This document shows positions 10,098-19,913 of a DNA stretch of 64,000 nt, one piece after another (the first letter of the stretch is position 1; every line of letters begins with the position of its first letter). The stretch is taken from IMG/VR virus record IMGVR_UViG_3300028430_000741, positions 544 to 64,543 of that record. One strand, given 5' to 3'. The stretch is from a virus. Its lineage: Duplodnaviria; Caudoviricetes. Both the position numbers and the translations under genes were made by a program. The notes under the pieces are model-generated. The model was not told where the DNA came from. It was given only the letters and a program-made list of their open reading frames with translations, and searched no databases.

Positions 10098-10850
10098 TTA
10101 GATAAATCGTAAAGCTCTCTGGTAGTACCGTTCTCTGTCTGCAAGCCCGTTGTATCCCCCGTTCACTCGTCGGGTAACTTGCCGAACAGTTGCGCCCCGA
10201 TCAATTAAAGCATTCATATTGTTGTTGTGCCACCAAAATCCACTAGGTAAAAATAGATAATTTTTGGAGACATATTGCCAGCCTTCCATAACTCTTTGAT
10301 CGCCGATAAAGTTGGCAAAAGCTTGATAGTTAGCACGTCCAGTCATTTGCAAAGCGTCCACGCCTTTAAACCGCGGTCCATCGCCCGGAAAAACATTCCC
10401 CAAATCCTGCCGCCCCTCGTAAGCGGCTCCTGATGCCAGTTCAACCATCCATCTTAAACCGCCGCTTTCGTGGGCAATTTGAGCAAGAAAATGACGAACA
10501 CGGGGGATGGTGGTTATATCGAATCGTTTGAGACAGCGATCAAGGGACTGGAATTGATGATCGGTTATCGCTCTCTCAAAAATCGCTTCGCACTGGTCTT
10601 TTCTGACGACAGGAAACTCTATTCCCGTTCCATCAAAATGCCCTTGAAACGCGTACCAGTTATAGCGTCCATCTATCGGGGGATGGACTTCTATTAGGTA
10701 GTGATTTTCTTTCCGCTCTAGCCATTTATAAATTACTTTTTGTCCTTTGGCAATCGGAACAGATTTAAAATCTGGGGGTAGATTCGGGCTAGAGGAGTCG
10801 AGCGGGTGGGTTTTAAGGAGTGTGTTTTGAGTGGCGAGTAGGCTATTCAT
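10098..10850 (-). CDS. glycoside hydrolase family 19 endolysin
   Basis: FLAQIAHESGG, YEGRQDLGN, QMTGRANY and TRRVNGGYNGLADR motifs. Confidence 0.9.
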   Translation of the reverse strand: MNSLLATQNTLLKTHPLDSSSPNLPPDFKSVPIAKGQKVIYKWLERKENHYLIEVHPPIDGRYNWYAFQGHFDGTGIEFPVVRKDQCEAIFERAITDHQFQSLDRCLKRFDITTIPRVRHFLAQIAHESGGLRWMVELASGAAYEGRQDLGNVFPGDGPRFKGVDALQMTGRANYQAFANFIGDQRVMEGWQYVSKNYLFLPSGFWWHNNNMNALIDRGATVRQVTRRVNGGYNGLADRERYYQRALRFI

Positions 10851-10851
10851 T

Positions 10852-11343
10852 TTAGGCTTCGATAGTTTCTGTTAAGGATTTAAAACAGGTAAATAGTTTT
10901 GTTTGCTGTTGTCGAATTTCCATTAAATGACAATCTTGGGATTCTTGCCGTGATCGTAGTTCGCTAAACTGATGCTCATAACTAGGCAAAACCAGATCGG
11001 CTACCTGTTGTTTCGTTTCGACAACCGCCATTCGTTCAGTTAATCCCGTGATTTTTTCGCTCAAGTTTTTGACCGAATTATCGAGATTCCCCACACTTTC
11101 ATCGAGTTTTGACATCATTTTTTCAAGCCTACTAGATTGGGTATCGCTAAACTCTGTAGCCTTTTCAAGGTTAATACGATCCAATTCTTCTGCCTGTGAT
11201 TTAGATTTGATCAACAAATACGATATGATGATCGAGCTTGTTGCCAGCACAACACTAAATATAACGCCCCAGTCTTGCAGTGTCCAATCGGACGGGCGAT
11301 TGATAACTGTTGTGGGCGAAACAAGGATAGAGGTAGTTTGCAT
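10852..11343 (-). CDS. membrane-anchored coiled-coil protein, possible lysis accessory
   Basis: One TM segment plus heptad repeats, immediately upstream of the lysin. Confidence 0.55.
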   Translation of the reverse strand: MQTTSILVSPTTVINRPSDWTLQDWGVIFSVVLATSSIIISYLLIKSKSQAEELDRINLEKATEFSDTQSSRLEKMMSKLDESVGNLDNSVKNLSEKITGLTERMAVVETKQQVADLVLPSYEHQFSELRSRQESQDCHLMEIRQQQTKLFTCFKSLTETIEA

Positions 11344-11425
11344 TTTTCATATTTAATACTCTATCCGTAATTTTACTCACAATAGTCAACTACAACGGAA
11401 TTAGCTTGAGCTTTTTAAAACTATA

Positions 11426-13750
11426 TTAAGCCCGTGGCGACGAAAATAGGAAGTCATTTCCTGGCATAAAATTCCCAAACGTAGGAACAGCCAAAAAATT
11501 ATCCGTGTTTTCCCAGAGATTTTTGCACGTCTTGTAGGTACGATCGCACCCTGCGGTGAGCCGTACTGAATCGTGAGCGGCGATCGAGTCGGCCGCCCCG
11601 GTAAATAACTCGATCCATGTAGTTCCTAAAAATGGAAAAAATTGAGATGCGTAAATCGCGTAAGTAGCGTTTTTATTCTTGCCGTCAAGAAAAGTCAAGG
11701 TTCCCCACGCAAGGTTCTTAAAAATTCCATAAACCCCGACAATACGGCGATCTGCAATACTTTGCACAGAAGTTGTATAAGTTGGGACGGTTTTTTGGCA
11801 TCCAGTCCCGTCACCGTTGTTCTGCCCAAAAAACCATCCACACAGGGGCGTTACCCGCTCGTCCCGTGATTGCCGAAGTTTGATACTGGCCTCGGTAAGA
11901 TTTTCAAGGGTGTAGGTTTCGCCACTTTTCGAGTTGATTTCCCCGACAAAGCCAATTTGCACCCGCTCGTCGGGCAAATCTAGGAGCGAGTCGGGGAGGT
12001 TTCGCCAGTCTATAATTGCCGTGGTAATCTTAGCTTCTTGAAAGCGGGGCGAAAGAATTAGCGGCTCGGTTAGGTCGTCAATAAATGCCCCTCGGAATTC
12101 TTCTTTATCGGAAGTCAATCCGATAGAGCGATCGAGCGCGGTCGGGTCAAGGGCGCGGCGAGAACGATAGGTCACTCCATCGATCCTAATATCTCGCGAG
12201 TGATTGGTATATCCAAGTCTTTCCCCGTCCGCAAGCTCGATCAGGATAGCTCTACAGATCGTCAGGACGGGATCGGATAAATCTCCCCCCGTCCCCCCAT
12301 CCCCTCGAATTCCGTCCGTAAAACGTCGGATTTGAAGCTCTCCTAGGGAATAGACGCGCTGATTAGTTTGATTGGAATAATTGAGGGATTTTGAGTTAAA
12401 TCGAGAGATTACGTTTCCCCCGTTCAGGAGATCGGGGAATTGAAAGGTTGCACCGGTTCCCTTGTGGGAAAGCCAGAGGCAAATCAAATACTCTAGCTCG
12501 TTTTGACGAAGGTTTCTCCGTTGTTGCAGGGAATTGGTATCAACCGCTTTTCGCCGGCGTGAAAACCGCTTTCTTTCCCCGCTAGAGAGTTCGGCAATAT
12601 TGGTTTGAAATTCGGGCGATAGTGTTGAAGCTTTGTAGAGATTGAGCTTAAATTCGTGATTTGTGCCGTCTTCAAATACATCAGTAGGAACGATCGCCGG
12701 CTCAATCCTCGACTCGCGCAGAACGAGCGAGGGAATCTCGAACACGCCCTTTACCTTGACTGGGTTTCCATCGACAATTTTGACCAGCGGTCGATAGTCA
12801 AGGCGATCGCTCTCAAACGAGCAAGGAACTTTAAAACTCCCCTCCCATGTCAAAATTCCTGCGGCGGGCGGGTTGTCGAAAACGATTCGGTCAGGAGCGA
12901 CAACGTAGCCCGTCAGTTCGTTGTCGCCTTGGTAAATTTTTAGTCCAGTATCGGGGAACAAGATCGGGCGGTAGTGAATGTTTCCACCGCAAGAGTATGC
13001 TTTGGTCAAAACAAACTCGGTCAGGATTCCGTCTGCACTGGGATAAAGAGCGCCCTGTGATGTGGCTCCGTTGCCGAGGTCTATCTGGTTCCTTGTAGCC
13101 CGATCATCTGATAAATCCCGATAAAGAAAATCCCCTTTCGCTCCCTGTCTTCCTTCGTGAAAGTCGAGAAGACTGTCAAGGTCGTCGGTTCGCAGGGCAG
13201 ACCTAGAAAGATTAAAAATTCGGATCGGGTCAACCCATTCCACAATTCTTTGTTCGGCATCGCCAGTGTTGTCGTACTCGTAATTTTGAAACTGGATTTC
13301 TACGCTAAAATCCTTGTCTGGTAAAATCGGGAATTCGGGAAGATTTACGGGATAGGGATTTACAGGAAAATGGGCGGAATCGGTGACACGAACTATATGG
13401 GTAATTTCAACGTTATAGCCGAGCCTACTGCTCCCAGCAATCGAGCCTAGATAAAAATAATTAGCGGATGTCCGATAAATTTCACCGCCACCACCAACAA
13501 TGCCAAACCCAGTATTTCGAGTATTATAGTCAGCCTCAGAAACATAGCCAATTCCTTGTATTTGTCCATACTTGGTGATAATTTTCCACAACTGCCCGAA
13601 TGCTCCTAATCCCCCATCAAAAGTTACTATATCTAGTTTTGGGTTTTTATCCCAAGAAATAGGGATTGATGTGCGCCAAAAGCCAGGGCTGTCTCCTAAG
13701 CCGTTTAAAGGTTTTTCTCGACAAGTTCCGAATAGATGATAATAAAGCAT
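11426..13750 (-). CDS. fused tail-tip protein: DUF2460-like (distal tail, two copies) plus DUF2163/BR0599-like hub
   Basis: EQRIVEW...F.GR.G...F.YRD..D, SGERKRFS, LGYTNHSRD and AGCDRTYKTC...N..NF...P motifs. Confidence 0.75.
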   Translation of the reverse strand: MLYYHLFGTCREKPLNGLGDSPGFWRTSIPISWDKNPKLDIVTFDGGLGAFGQLWKIITKYGQIQGIGYVSEADYNTRNTGFGIVGGGGEIYRTSANYFYLGSIAGSSRLGYNVEITHIVRVTDSAHFPVNPYPVNLPEFPILPDKDFSVEIQFQNYEYDNTGDAEQRIVEWVDPIRIFNLSRSALRTDDLDSLLDFHEGRQGAKGDFLYRDLSDDRATRNQIDLGNGATSQGALYPSADGILTEFVLTKAYSCGGNIHYRPILFPDTGLKIYQGDNELTGYVVAPDRIVFDNPPAAGILTWEGSFKVPCSFESDRLDYRPLVKIVDGNPVKVKGVFEIPSLVLRESRIEPAIVPTDVFEDGTNHEFKLNLYKASTLSPEFQTNIAELSSGERKRFSRRRKAVDTNSLQQRRNLRQNELEYLICLWLSHKGTGATFQFPDLLNGGNVISRFNSKSLNYSNQTNQRVYSLGELQIRRFTDGIRGDGGTGGDLSDPVLTICRAILIELADGERLGYTNHSRDIRIDGVTYRSRRALDPTALDRSIGLTSDKEEFRGAFIDDLTEPLILSPRFQEAKITTAIIDWRNLPDSLLDLPDERVQIGFVGEINSKSGETYTLENLTEASIKLRQSRDERVTPLCGWFFGQNNGDGTGCQKTVPTYTTSVQSIADRRIVGVYGIFKNLAWGTLTFLDGKNKNATYAIYASQFFPFLGTTWIELFTGAADSIAAHDSVRLTAGCDRTYKTCKNLWENTDNFLAVPTFGNFMPGNDFLFSSPRA

Positions 13751-13789
13751 TAAAGTAATATTTAGATTCTGGAATAATTTGTCTGATTT

Positions 13790-14008
13790 CTATTCACGGC
13801 ATTCTAAGCAGGGCGTAGAAGGATTGACAGCACATTTAAGGCTGTAATGTCTTGACCAGTAAGAGCAACGCATCATTTTTAGTCTTTCTTGTTTTTTCCG
13901 TTCTATTTCTTCTGGTGTGAGGGCGGGATTGTTGTTAGATTTAACAATGGTTACGACGGCCATGCTTAATAGATAGCCAACGTAAAATAATCCGAAAAGT
14001 AGTTTCAT
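13790..14008 (-). CDS. small membrane protein with cyanobacterial-type CAVNP Cys motif
   Basis: N-terminal TM; C.YW....LKCAVNP..PC..C. Confidence 0.6.
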   Translation of the reverse strand: MKLLFGLFYVGYLLSMAVVTIVKSNNNPALTPEEIERKKQERLKMMRCSYWSRHYSLKCAVNPSTPCLECRE

Positions 14009-14154
14009 GTTTGTTCGCCTTCAATTATTTCTTCTAAGGTTTCTATCGCTTTGTCCAATTTTGAAGCAGGTATTCGCCTAACTAATCCAATAAGCTTGAG
14101 AAACTTGTGGATTGTGGGATCATTAATAATGTCTTTGTTTTGAAATTTCATTAG

Positions 14155-15072
14155 CTATGTTGGGAAAGTTATTCCTTGAGTCCATACTCGCATTAAAATT
14201 CTTTCACTACCATAAACCCCTACACACATCCAAAAGGGATTATTACTGCCGTCAGGATCGACTACTTCGTTAGGATAAATTTGACCAACAGGAATAGCGA
14301 GGGATGTTTTTAGAAGATTCGATGCTACACCAATCGCACGATTAGGACTAGCATCATCCCTTATAATTAAATCGGTTGTGTTGGCTCCTGGTGTAGAAGT
14401 TTGGCAAGTAATTGAATAGTTAGCGATAGCATCGGCACTTGTTCCAGTGGGTACTCTTAGAGCCGTTCTAGTATTGTTATTAGGTAAAGTTGGGCGACCT
14501 CCCCCTCTTCCGATAGTCGCACTACTTAAGAAAAAATAGTAAGCGTTAAGAGGATAGTTTGAGCCGCTATAAAGCGGATTTTTAACCCATCCAAAATGCT
14601 TAAATATGTAGCTTGTGTTATTGTAGTCATTCCCACTTTGCGCTATACTAAAATAAGATAAGGATGAAGAATTTAGACACCAATACTGCCATGCACCTGT
14701 TGATACTTCCGTATTTGCTGGGTTAGTGGCAACATACGGTATTCCTGGAATGCCAGCGCTTGCAGTTGAATTTGAAGATGACATTTCAGAGTGTCCAAAC
14801 CTAATTCTGCTCCCAGTTTGGGAAGGGTTTTCGTTTGCCGAGCTCCCTAGCGCTGGCAAACTAATCGTTTCACTAGGGTGGGGAAGTGTAAAGCCAAGTC
14901 TATCACCGAATTGAGTTACGGCACAGATTTGTCCAAAAGAACTGTTAATAAAGTCTCGTAGGGTTATATTGTTTGCAGATAAAGTTTGTGTTGCGCCGAC
15001 AAAAAGGTTTGTCCTCCAACCATAATAAAAGTTTCCAACGTTATCAGAATTAATTAAATTTGGTGTACTCAT
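14155..15072 (-). CDS. tail fibre/receptor-binding-associated protein
   Basis: 305 aa, rich in Ser/Thr/Asn/Gly, in an operon after the DUF2793 fibre gene. Confidence 0.5.
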   Translation of the reverse strand: MSTPNLINSDNVGNFYYGWRTNLFVGATQTLSANNITLRDFINSSFGQICAVTQFGDRLGFTLPHPSETISLPALGSSANENPSQTGSRIRFGHSEMSSSNSTASAGIPGIPYVATNPANTEVSTGAWQYWCLNSSSLSYFSIAQSGNDYNNTSYIFKHFGWVKNPLYSGSNYPLNAYYFFLSSATIGRGGGRPTLPNNNTRTALRVPTGTSADAIANYSITCQTSTPGANTTDLIIRDDASPNRAIGVASNLLKTSLAIPVGQIYPNEVVDPDGSNNPFWMCVGVYGSERILMRVWTQGITFPT

Positions 15073-15242
15073 GGTGTCCTATCAAATTGGTTAATGTCTT
15101 GAGCGCAGTAAATGAAAGTCCCATCAGCGGGAGACGTAGGAGGTCGCCATGTTTCTATTTGAGAATTTGCAAGTTGGCAATAAACGAAAGTCCCATCAGC
15201 AGGAATGCCTGTATCTCCCCATAAAACTAGGTGGCTAAACAT
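15069..15242 (-). CDS. small protein (57 aa) with duplicated PADGTF(V/I)YC motif
   Basis: Own translation; TAATG overlap with the upstream gene and ATGA overlap with the downstream gene. Confidence 0.65.
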   Translation of the reverse strand: MFSHLVLWGDTGIPADGTFVYCQLANSQIETWRPPTSPADGTFIYCAQDINQFDRTP

Positions 15243-16225
15243 TATAAGTACCCCTTAGAAACTGACCCAAAAAGGTTTGTTCCATCGCTAACAAAACTAA
15301 ATATGTCGACTGCGTTAGCGGCTGTTGATAATACAGGAGTTAGCGAAAATTTATAGGCAGAATTAAGAGTAAGCGTTCTATTTCCTGTGCCATCTTGTCT
15401 CACAATTAAAATATAGGTTCCGCCCGCCTGAATATTAGTAGGAGCGGCTAATGTTCTGTTACCTGCAAGCGTTACGGTTGCTACTTGTTGAGTGTTTAAA
15501 TTCCAGTTGATAGTTGCCCCGTCGGTTAGAGTAGCGAGGGGAAATCTTTGTTGAGTAGTGAAATTGTTAACAATCGCAAGCCTAGCGTAATTACTTTGTA
15601 AATCTGTAATAGTTGAGTTGATTTGTGCCTGTAGTTTTTGTAAAGCTGTCAATAAACTATCGGTAGCAGTAATCGCTGTATTTGTGCCTGTAGTCAAGCC
15701 TGTTAGAACAGTTGCTCTAACTTTGTCAAAAAAAGCAAAAAATCCTTTGTTGCCTGATTCTTTTCCATAAAAAGTATTGTCATTGGGATTGCCAGCAATA
15801 CTTTCCGCTTCATCTACGATGCCATCTTCATCCGTGTCATAAACCGAGCGATTCATGTCACCTGCGCTAAAGGTAGTCCACGCGCTACCGTTGTAAAACA
15901 GATCGCTCCCAGAGACAAGCGACACTTTTAATCCAGCAAAAGGCTCGTAAAATAGCCACGCTCCCGATACTGGTTGACCGTTCACGCCGATGGACGGGCA
16001 AGCGATCTGGTTGGTTTTTCCCGCCCACGCTCCCGACGCGCCAGCGGGAACGATGTAAAAAGAGTCAGCGGTTAGTCCACTTATCGGAGGCGTTGTTAAG
16101 GTTCGGGAAAGAATCGGGGCGCGCCCAACGCTGACAAGCCGGAATAACTCGTTTGCGACTTGCTCTTTATATTCCTGAGAAGAATTTAATAAAAGCCCGT
16201 TATTTCCCAATATTCTCGTAGTCAT
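15242..16225 (-). CDS. DUF2793-domain tail fibre protein
   Basis: YIVPAGASGAWAGK..QIA...W.F..P..G motif; C-terminal LTDGATINWN...QDGTG.RT...TAANAVD fibre domain. Confidence 0.75.
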   Translation of the reverse strand: MTTRILGNNGLLLNSSQEYKEQVANELFRLVSVGRAPILSRTLTTPPISGLTADSFYIVPAGASGAWAGKTNQIACPSIGVNGQPVSGAWLFYEPFAGLKVSLVSGSDLFYNGSAWTTFSAGDMNRSVYDTDEDGIVDEAESIAGNPNDNTFYGKESGNKGFFAFFDKVRATVLTGLTTGTNTAITATDSLLTALQKLQAQINSTITDLQSNYARLAIVNNFTTQQRFPLATLTDGATINWNLNTQQVATVTLAGNRTLAAPTNIQAGGTYILIVRQDGTGNRTLTLNSAYKFSLTPVLSTAANAVDIFSFVSDGTNLFGSVSKGYL

Positions 16226-19046
16226 CTCCGAACTCCTCGCGCATACATTTTTCTATCCAATCGGGATTACCGCAACAACGATTCAAGTAGTCCCAATAGC
16301 TTTTTACGTCATCTTTAGTATAGTTTGTCCCGAAAACTGCGTAAAGTTTCCAGAAAGCTTTAGGCCACCATTGCGATAGCTTATAAATTCTAACAATTTC
16401 GTAGCGCGCCCATTCTGGTTTTTTGCCCTTCTCGTAAGCTTCTCGTCTTGCCTGTCGATAAGCGTAGTAGAGGGTTTTGTCCTCGTCTGGAAGCATTAAC
16501 TGAAGCTTTTCGTTGGCAATCCGTTTTTCTGTTCGAGCGGAAGGAAACTCGAAACCGCACTCTGGACAAACACGAGCGGAGGCGTGAACCATGCACCCGC
16601 AATTTTCGCACTCTTTGACAGGAGATTCTCCCTTTTCTGTGTTTGATGCCTTCCGAAGATCGGGATAGGTCACGTCTTCGATAAACCTGTGACGCTTGGT
16701 ATTTCCTGCCTGATCTAAAACAAGGCAATCGGTTTTGTTAAGTTGAGGGCAGAGCCGTTGTCCTCGCCCCGTCATCTGGATATACAAAGTCATAGATTTT
16801 GTCGGACGGGAATGGATAATACAGCTAATTTCAGGCAGATTAAATCCGATTCCACAAGTATTGATATTGATAATCCCCCGCATTTTCAATTGCGCTACAT
16901 TTTTAAAAATCTCTTTTCGTTCCTCCTGTGGAGTTTCTGCGGTAATAACGGCGACGGGAATTCCTTGATCGGTAAATTCTTTAGCCAGCGAGTCCGCGTG
17001 AACTTTCCCTGCGGCAAAACACACGAATTGACGGTTTTGTCCGAGTCGCTTGTACTCGGAAACAATTGATTGTACCGCCTCTAAGCATCGAGTTTCGAGT
17101 TCCGCCGCATCAAAATCGCCACCCGTAGTTTTAACCCCTTTGGTGTCAATTTGGTTTTTGGTGGCAAAGTACACGCATCCCAATAAAGCTTTCCGCTCGA
17201 TCATCTCTTTCGGAGTCGGGCCGGTTACTTGCGTCTCGAAAATATCTCCTAACTCCTCCCGTTTTGACAATCGCCACGGGGTCGCCGTCAGTCCGATGAC
17301 GATCTGGCTGTCCATTGATAGTTCTTTCCCAGAAAATAAATGTTCTTGTTTCCTTAAAATCTCCCATGCAGAATTCAATTCTTGCATCTTCTTTTTACTT
17401 CCCCCGTGATCGGGGTGATGGAGTAATGTGAGAGATTTGTACTTTTGCTTTACTTCCTCGAAAGTGACTCGATACCCGAATTCTAGACTTTCTCTCTCGA
17501 TAGCGATGCCTAAAATAGCTAGTTCGGAACTAATATCTACTATCGAGGTTGTTTGTTTCCCGTCTTTGAGATTATTAAAATTATCTCGAAACCAAAGTGA
17601 ATAGGCGGAAAGATGGCACTCATCAAGAAATATTACTTCAGGATTAAACCAAGAAATATCTCGTCTTGCTAGTGTTTGTGTGGTGGCAATTTGTACTTTT
17701 TGCAAACGATCTTCTCTATAGTTTCCCGCTATAACTCCTGCGGTTAATCCGAATTTTTCAAGAGCGTCTAGAGTCTGGTCAATCAAGCATATAAACGGCA
17801 CGACGATCAGGGTGCGGCGGTGCTTTTTAATCGCTGCATCGTAAATCATCTGACAGAATAGGACAGTATTGTGGGTTACGGTAAAATCTCCTAGTAAAAA
17901 ACGGCGATTTCCGTCGATTGTAAACCCATAGTAATCATCTTCCTTCAAAAACTCTAGCTTGAAATTCGTTCTTAAAACATTGCATTTCTGTTTTTCTATG
18001 TATTCTTTCGGGGTTTTCTTGTATTCGGTCTTGATCGGGATAGTCTCTGTGTTGCCGCTAATTCTGACACGATAGTAAGTTTCTCCTTTTACTTCTTTGG
18101 TTCCTACACTTGCAAAAAAGCCTAAAGAGCGAGAGAGAAAAACAATTTGATCCGCAAGTTCTTTTCTTCTTTGCGCTATTTCGTAGCCTCCATTTATCTG
18201 CCAGTGTCCGTCCGTGTCAAGAAGTCCAGCGAGAAGTTCTAACCTGACTTCTCTTGAGTTGATTAGATAGTTTCGAGGGATATGCTTGTTTTCGATGAGA
18301 GATAAGTCTTTTATCATGTTTAGCAAATAATTTTTTCCTGGCCCCTTCTCTCCTGTTGTGATCCTATGAAGCTGAGAATTCGGATTGTCATTTCTTGCAT
18401 CAGAATAGACTTTCATCCCTAAACGATCAGCGTATTTCTTGATATAGTCGATCAATACAGGATTGGACGTGCAGACCCCCGTGTTCCTGTGATTGCCATC
18501 TCCTAGCCATATTCCAAGAAAGTAGGGGTCTATCGTGACAGGCTTGCTATCGAATTCTACAGGAACCCGATAGAGCAACATCGAGATTTGAATATGTTTC
18601 GGGAGAGAAAGATACTGATCAATAGAAAAATCGTAAATATTTCCGTTAATCCATCCTGATTTCGGGTAGCTTCTCCCATTATAAACTAGCGAAAGAATGT
18701 GACTACGATTGCAGGTAAACGGCTCTCCCTTGTTCGGGATTACCTTTACCATAGTTTCTCTTCCTCTACAGATTGAATCGACATGACGGGGCTTGCTGTC
18801 ATCCCCCATCAGAATATCCCCTACTGCAATATTTTGTGACAGCTTCACGCTACCGTCATACATAATAATTGGCGTATCTTTTGCTAGACACTTACCGTAG
18901 CCGCACGGTGCAACTACTAGCACGCGCTTGAATCCCGATCTAAGCTGATCATAAATCTCTTTTTTAAGAGCTTTTTGATCAGGGCGAAGTTGGATTGTCG
19001 GGGTCGGAATCCTAAAAGGTTGTTCTTGGAATAAAGTTAAATTCAT
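16200..19046 (-). CDS. SF2 DEAD/DEAH (RadD/YejH-like) helicase with intein and J-domain insertion
   Basis: APCGYGK/T Walker A split by the intein, DECH, GLTATP, QMTGRGQR, C-terminal CxxC-CxxC; start set at MNLTLF after the upstream gene stop. Confidence 0.9.
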   Translation of the reverse strand: MNLTLFQEQPFRIPTPTIQLRPDQKALKKEIYDQLRSGFKRVLVVAPCGYGKCLAKDTPIIMYDGSVKLSQNIAVGDILMGDDSKPRHVDSICRGRETMVKVIPNKGEPFTCNRSHILSLVYNGRSYPKSGWINGNIYDFSIDQYLSLPKHIQISMLLYRVPVEFDSKPVTIDPYFLGIWLGDGNHRNTGVCTSNPVLIDYIKKYADRLGMKVYSDARNDNPNSQLHRITTGEKGPGKNYLLNMIKDLSLIENKHIPRNYLINSREVRLELLAGLLDTDGHWQINGGYEIAQRRKELADQIVFLSRSLGFFASVGTKEVKGETYYRVRISGNTETIPIKTEYKKTPKEYIEKQKCNVLRTNFKLEFLKEDDYYGFTIDGNRRFLLGDFTVTHNTVLFCQMIYDAAIKKHRRTLIVVPFICLIDQTLDALEKFGLTAGVIAGNYREDRLQKVQIATTQTLARRDISWFNPEVIFLDECHLSAYSLWFRDNFNNLKDGKQTTSIVDISSELAILGIAIERESLEFGYRVTFEEVKQKYKSLTLLHHPDHGGSKKKMQELNSAWEILRKQEHLFSGKELSMDSQIVIGLTATPWRLSKREELGDIFETQVTGPTPKEMIERKALLGCVYFATKNQIDTKGVKTTGGDFDAAELETRCLEAVQSIVSEYKRLGQNRQFVCFAAGKVHADSLAKEFTDQGIPVAVITAETPQEERKEIFKNVAQLKMRGIININTCGIGFNLPEISCIIHSRPTKSMTLYIQMTGRGQRLCPQLNKTDCLVLDQAGNTKRHRFIEDVTYPDLRKASNTEKGESPVKECENCGCMVHASARVCPECGFEFPSARTEKRIANEKLQLMLPDEDKTLYYAYRQARREAYEKGKKPEWARYEIVRIYKLSQWWPKAFWKLYAVFGTNYTKDDVKSYWDYLNRCCGNPDWIEKCMREEFGDDYENIGK
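17868..18890 (-). mobile_element. intein with LAGLIDADG homing endonuclease (341 aa)
   Basis: Starts CLAKDTP, block B CNRSHIL, LGIWLGDG and LAGLLDTDG motifs, ends VTHN followed by Thr. Confidence 0.95.
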
Positions 19047-19051
19047 TTTGT

Positions 19052-19903
19052 TTATACTCCACAATGCCCTGCACATTCTTTTCCGAAGCCGTAATCGATT
19101 CCGAGGGGTATAGAGAGTTGTTCGATTACGGCTTCCTCTAGTGGCAAACACGACGAATGAACAAAAATATCTTGTCGGCATTTGCCAATAGTTACTAAAT
19201 GTTGAATTTTTTTGTCAACTTCTACAGCCCGAGCAAATTCATCGGGTTCTTCTTGCCTCATTCGCATCCATTCTTGTCGATGCTTAAACGGACAGAAGAA
19301 ACATGATGATTTTGATACGTTCCGATTTAGATGAAGGTAATTGTAAACGGCGCAATCGTTGCGATTCCACCCTAGATAAATAAGCGGGTGTTTGTTGTTG
19401 AGCCACTTATCTTGATTAATTTTCGCTCTTCTCTGTTCATCAACAGAAATTCCGAGCCAAAGTTTAGCGGTCAGGGGTGGGATTCTTTGACCTTTTTTGT
19501 ATCCCAGTCTGGCGCGGATTTCTTTTTGGATCGGCTTAATTTTAAATTCTTCGGTACACTGCCTTTTTAGCATTCCGACTTGACCATCTAACGACCTTGT
19601 AAACCATGGAATAGAAGCGAGTCCCCACCATTGCTCGTGAATTGGAATGATTGATCCATTTTTTTCAATGCGCTGAACTACTACCGTGTCATACTCGGCT
19701 CTTGACAGCATTTCAAATATTTGGTTAACGTGATCGTAAATCGCTTTCGGTTCCGCTCCTGTGTCGGCAAAAATAATTGTTTTCGGGAGAGTTAATCCAA
19801 GATCGAGTAGTTTGTGGGGTTCATGAATTAATAGAAGGGCTATAGCGGTTGACTGAACGCCGCCGCCAAAGGCAAAAAATGTTTTACTGTCTAGGTTTTG
19901 CAT
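19052..19903 (-). CDS. PAPS-reductase-like (PP-loop) protein
   Basis: FGGGVQS, FADTGAE, RQCTEEFKI.PI, KSSCFFCPF and C-terminal ECAGHC. Confidence 0.8.
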   Translation of the reverse strand: MQNLDSKTFFAFGGGVQSTAIALLLIHEPHKLLDLGLTLPKTIIFADTGAEPKAIYDHVNQIFEMLSRAEYDTVVVQRIEKNGSIIPIHEQWWGLASIPWFTRSLDGQVGMLKRQCTEEFKIKPIQKEIRARLGYKKGQRIPPLTAKLWLGISVDEQRRAKINQDKWLNNKHPLIYLGWNRNDCAVYNYLHLNRNVSKSSCFFCPFKHRQEWMRMRQEEPDEFARAVEVDKKIQHLVTIGKCRQDIFVHSSCLPLEEAVIEQLSIPLGIDYGFGKECAGHCGV

Positions 19904-19913
19904 TTTAATTCAT

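Noticed and set aside
14155-16225. Diversity-generating retroelement or invertible shufflon acting on fibre genes
   Set aside because: No reverse transcriptase, invertase or template/variable repeat pair was found
19047-19181. N-terminal 45 aa of the listed helicase ORF
   Set aside because: Overlaps the PAPS-reductase-like gene; the ATG at 19046 just after its stop is more plausible
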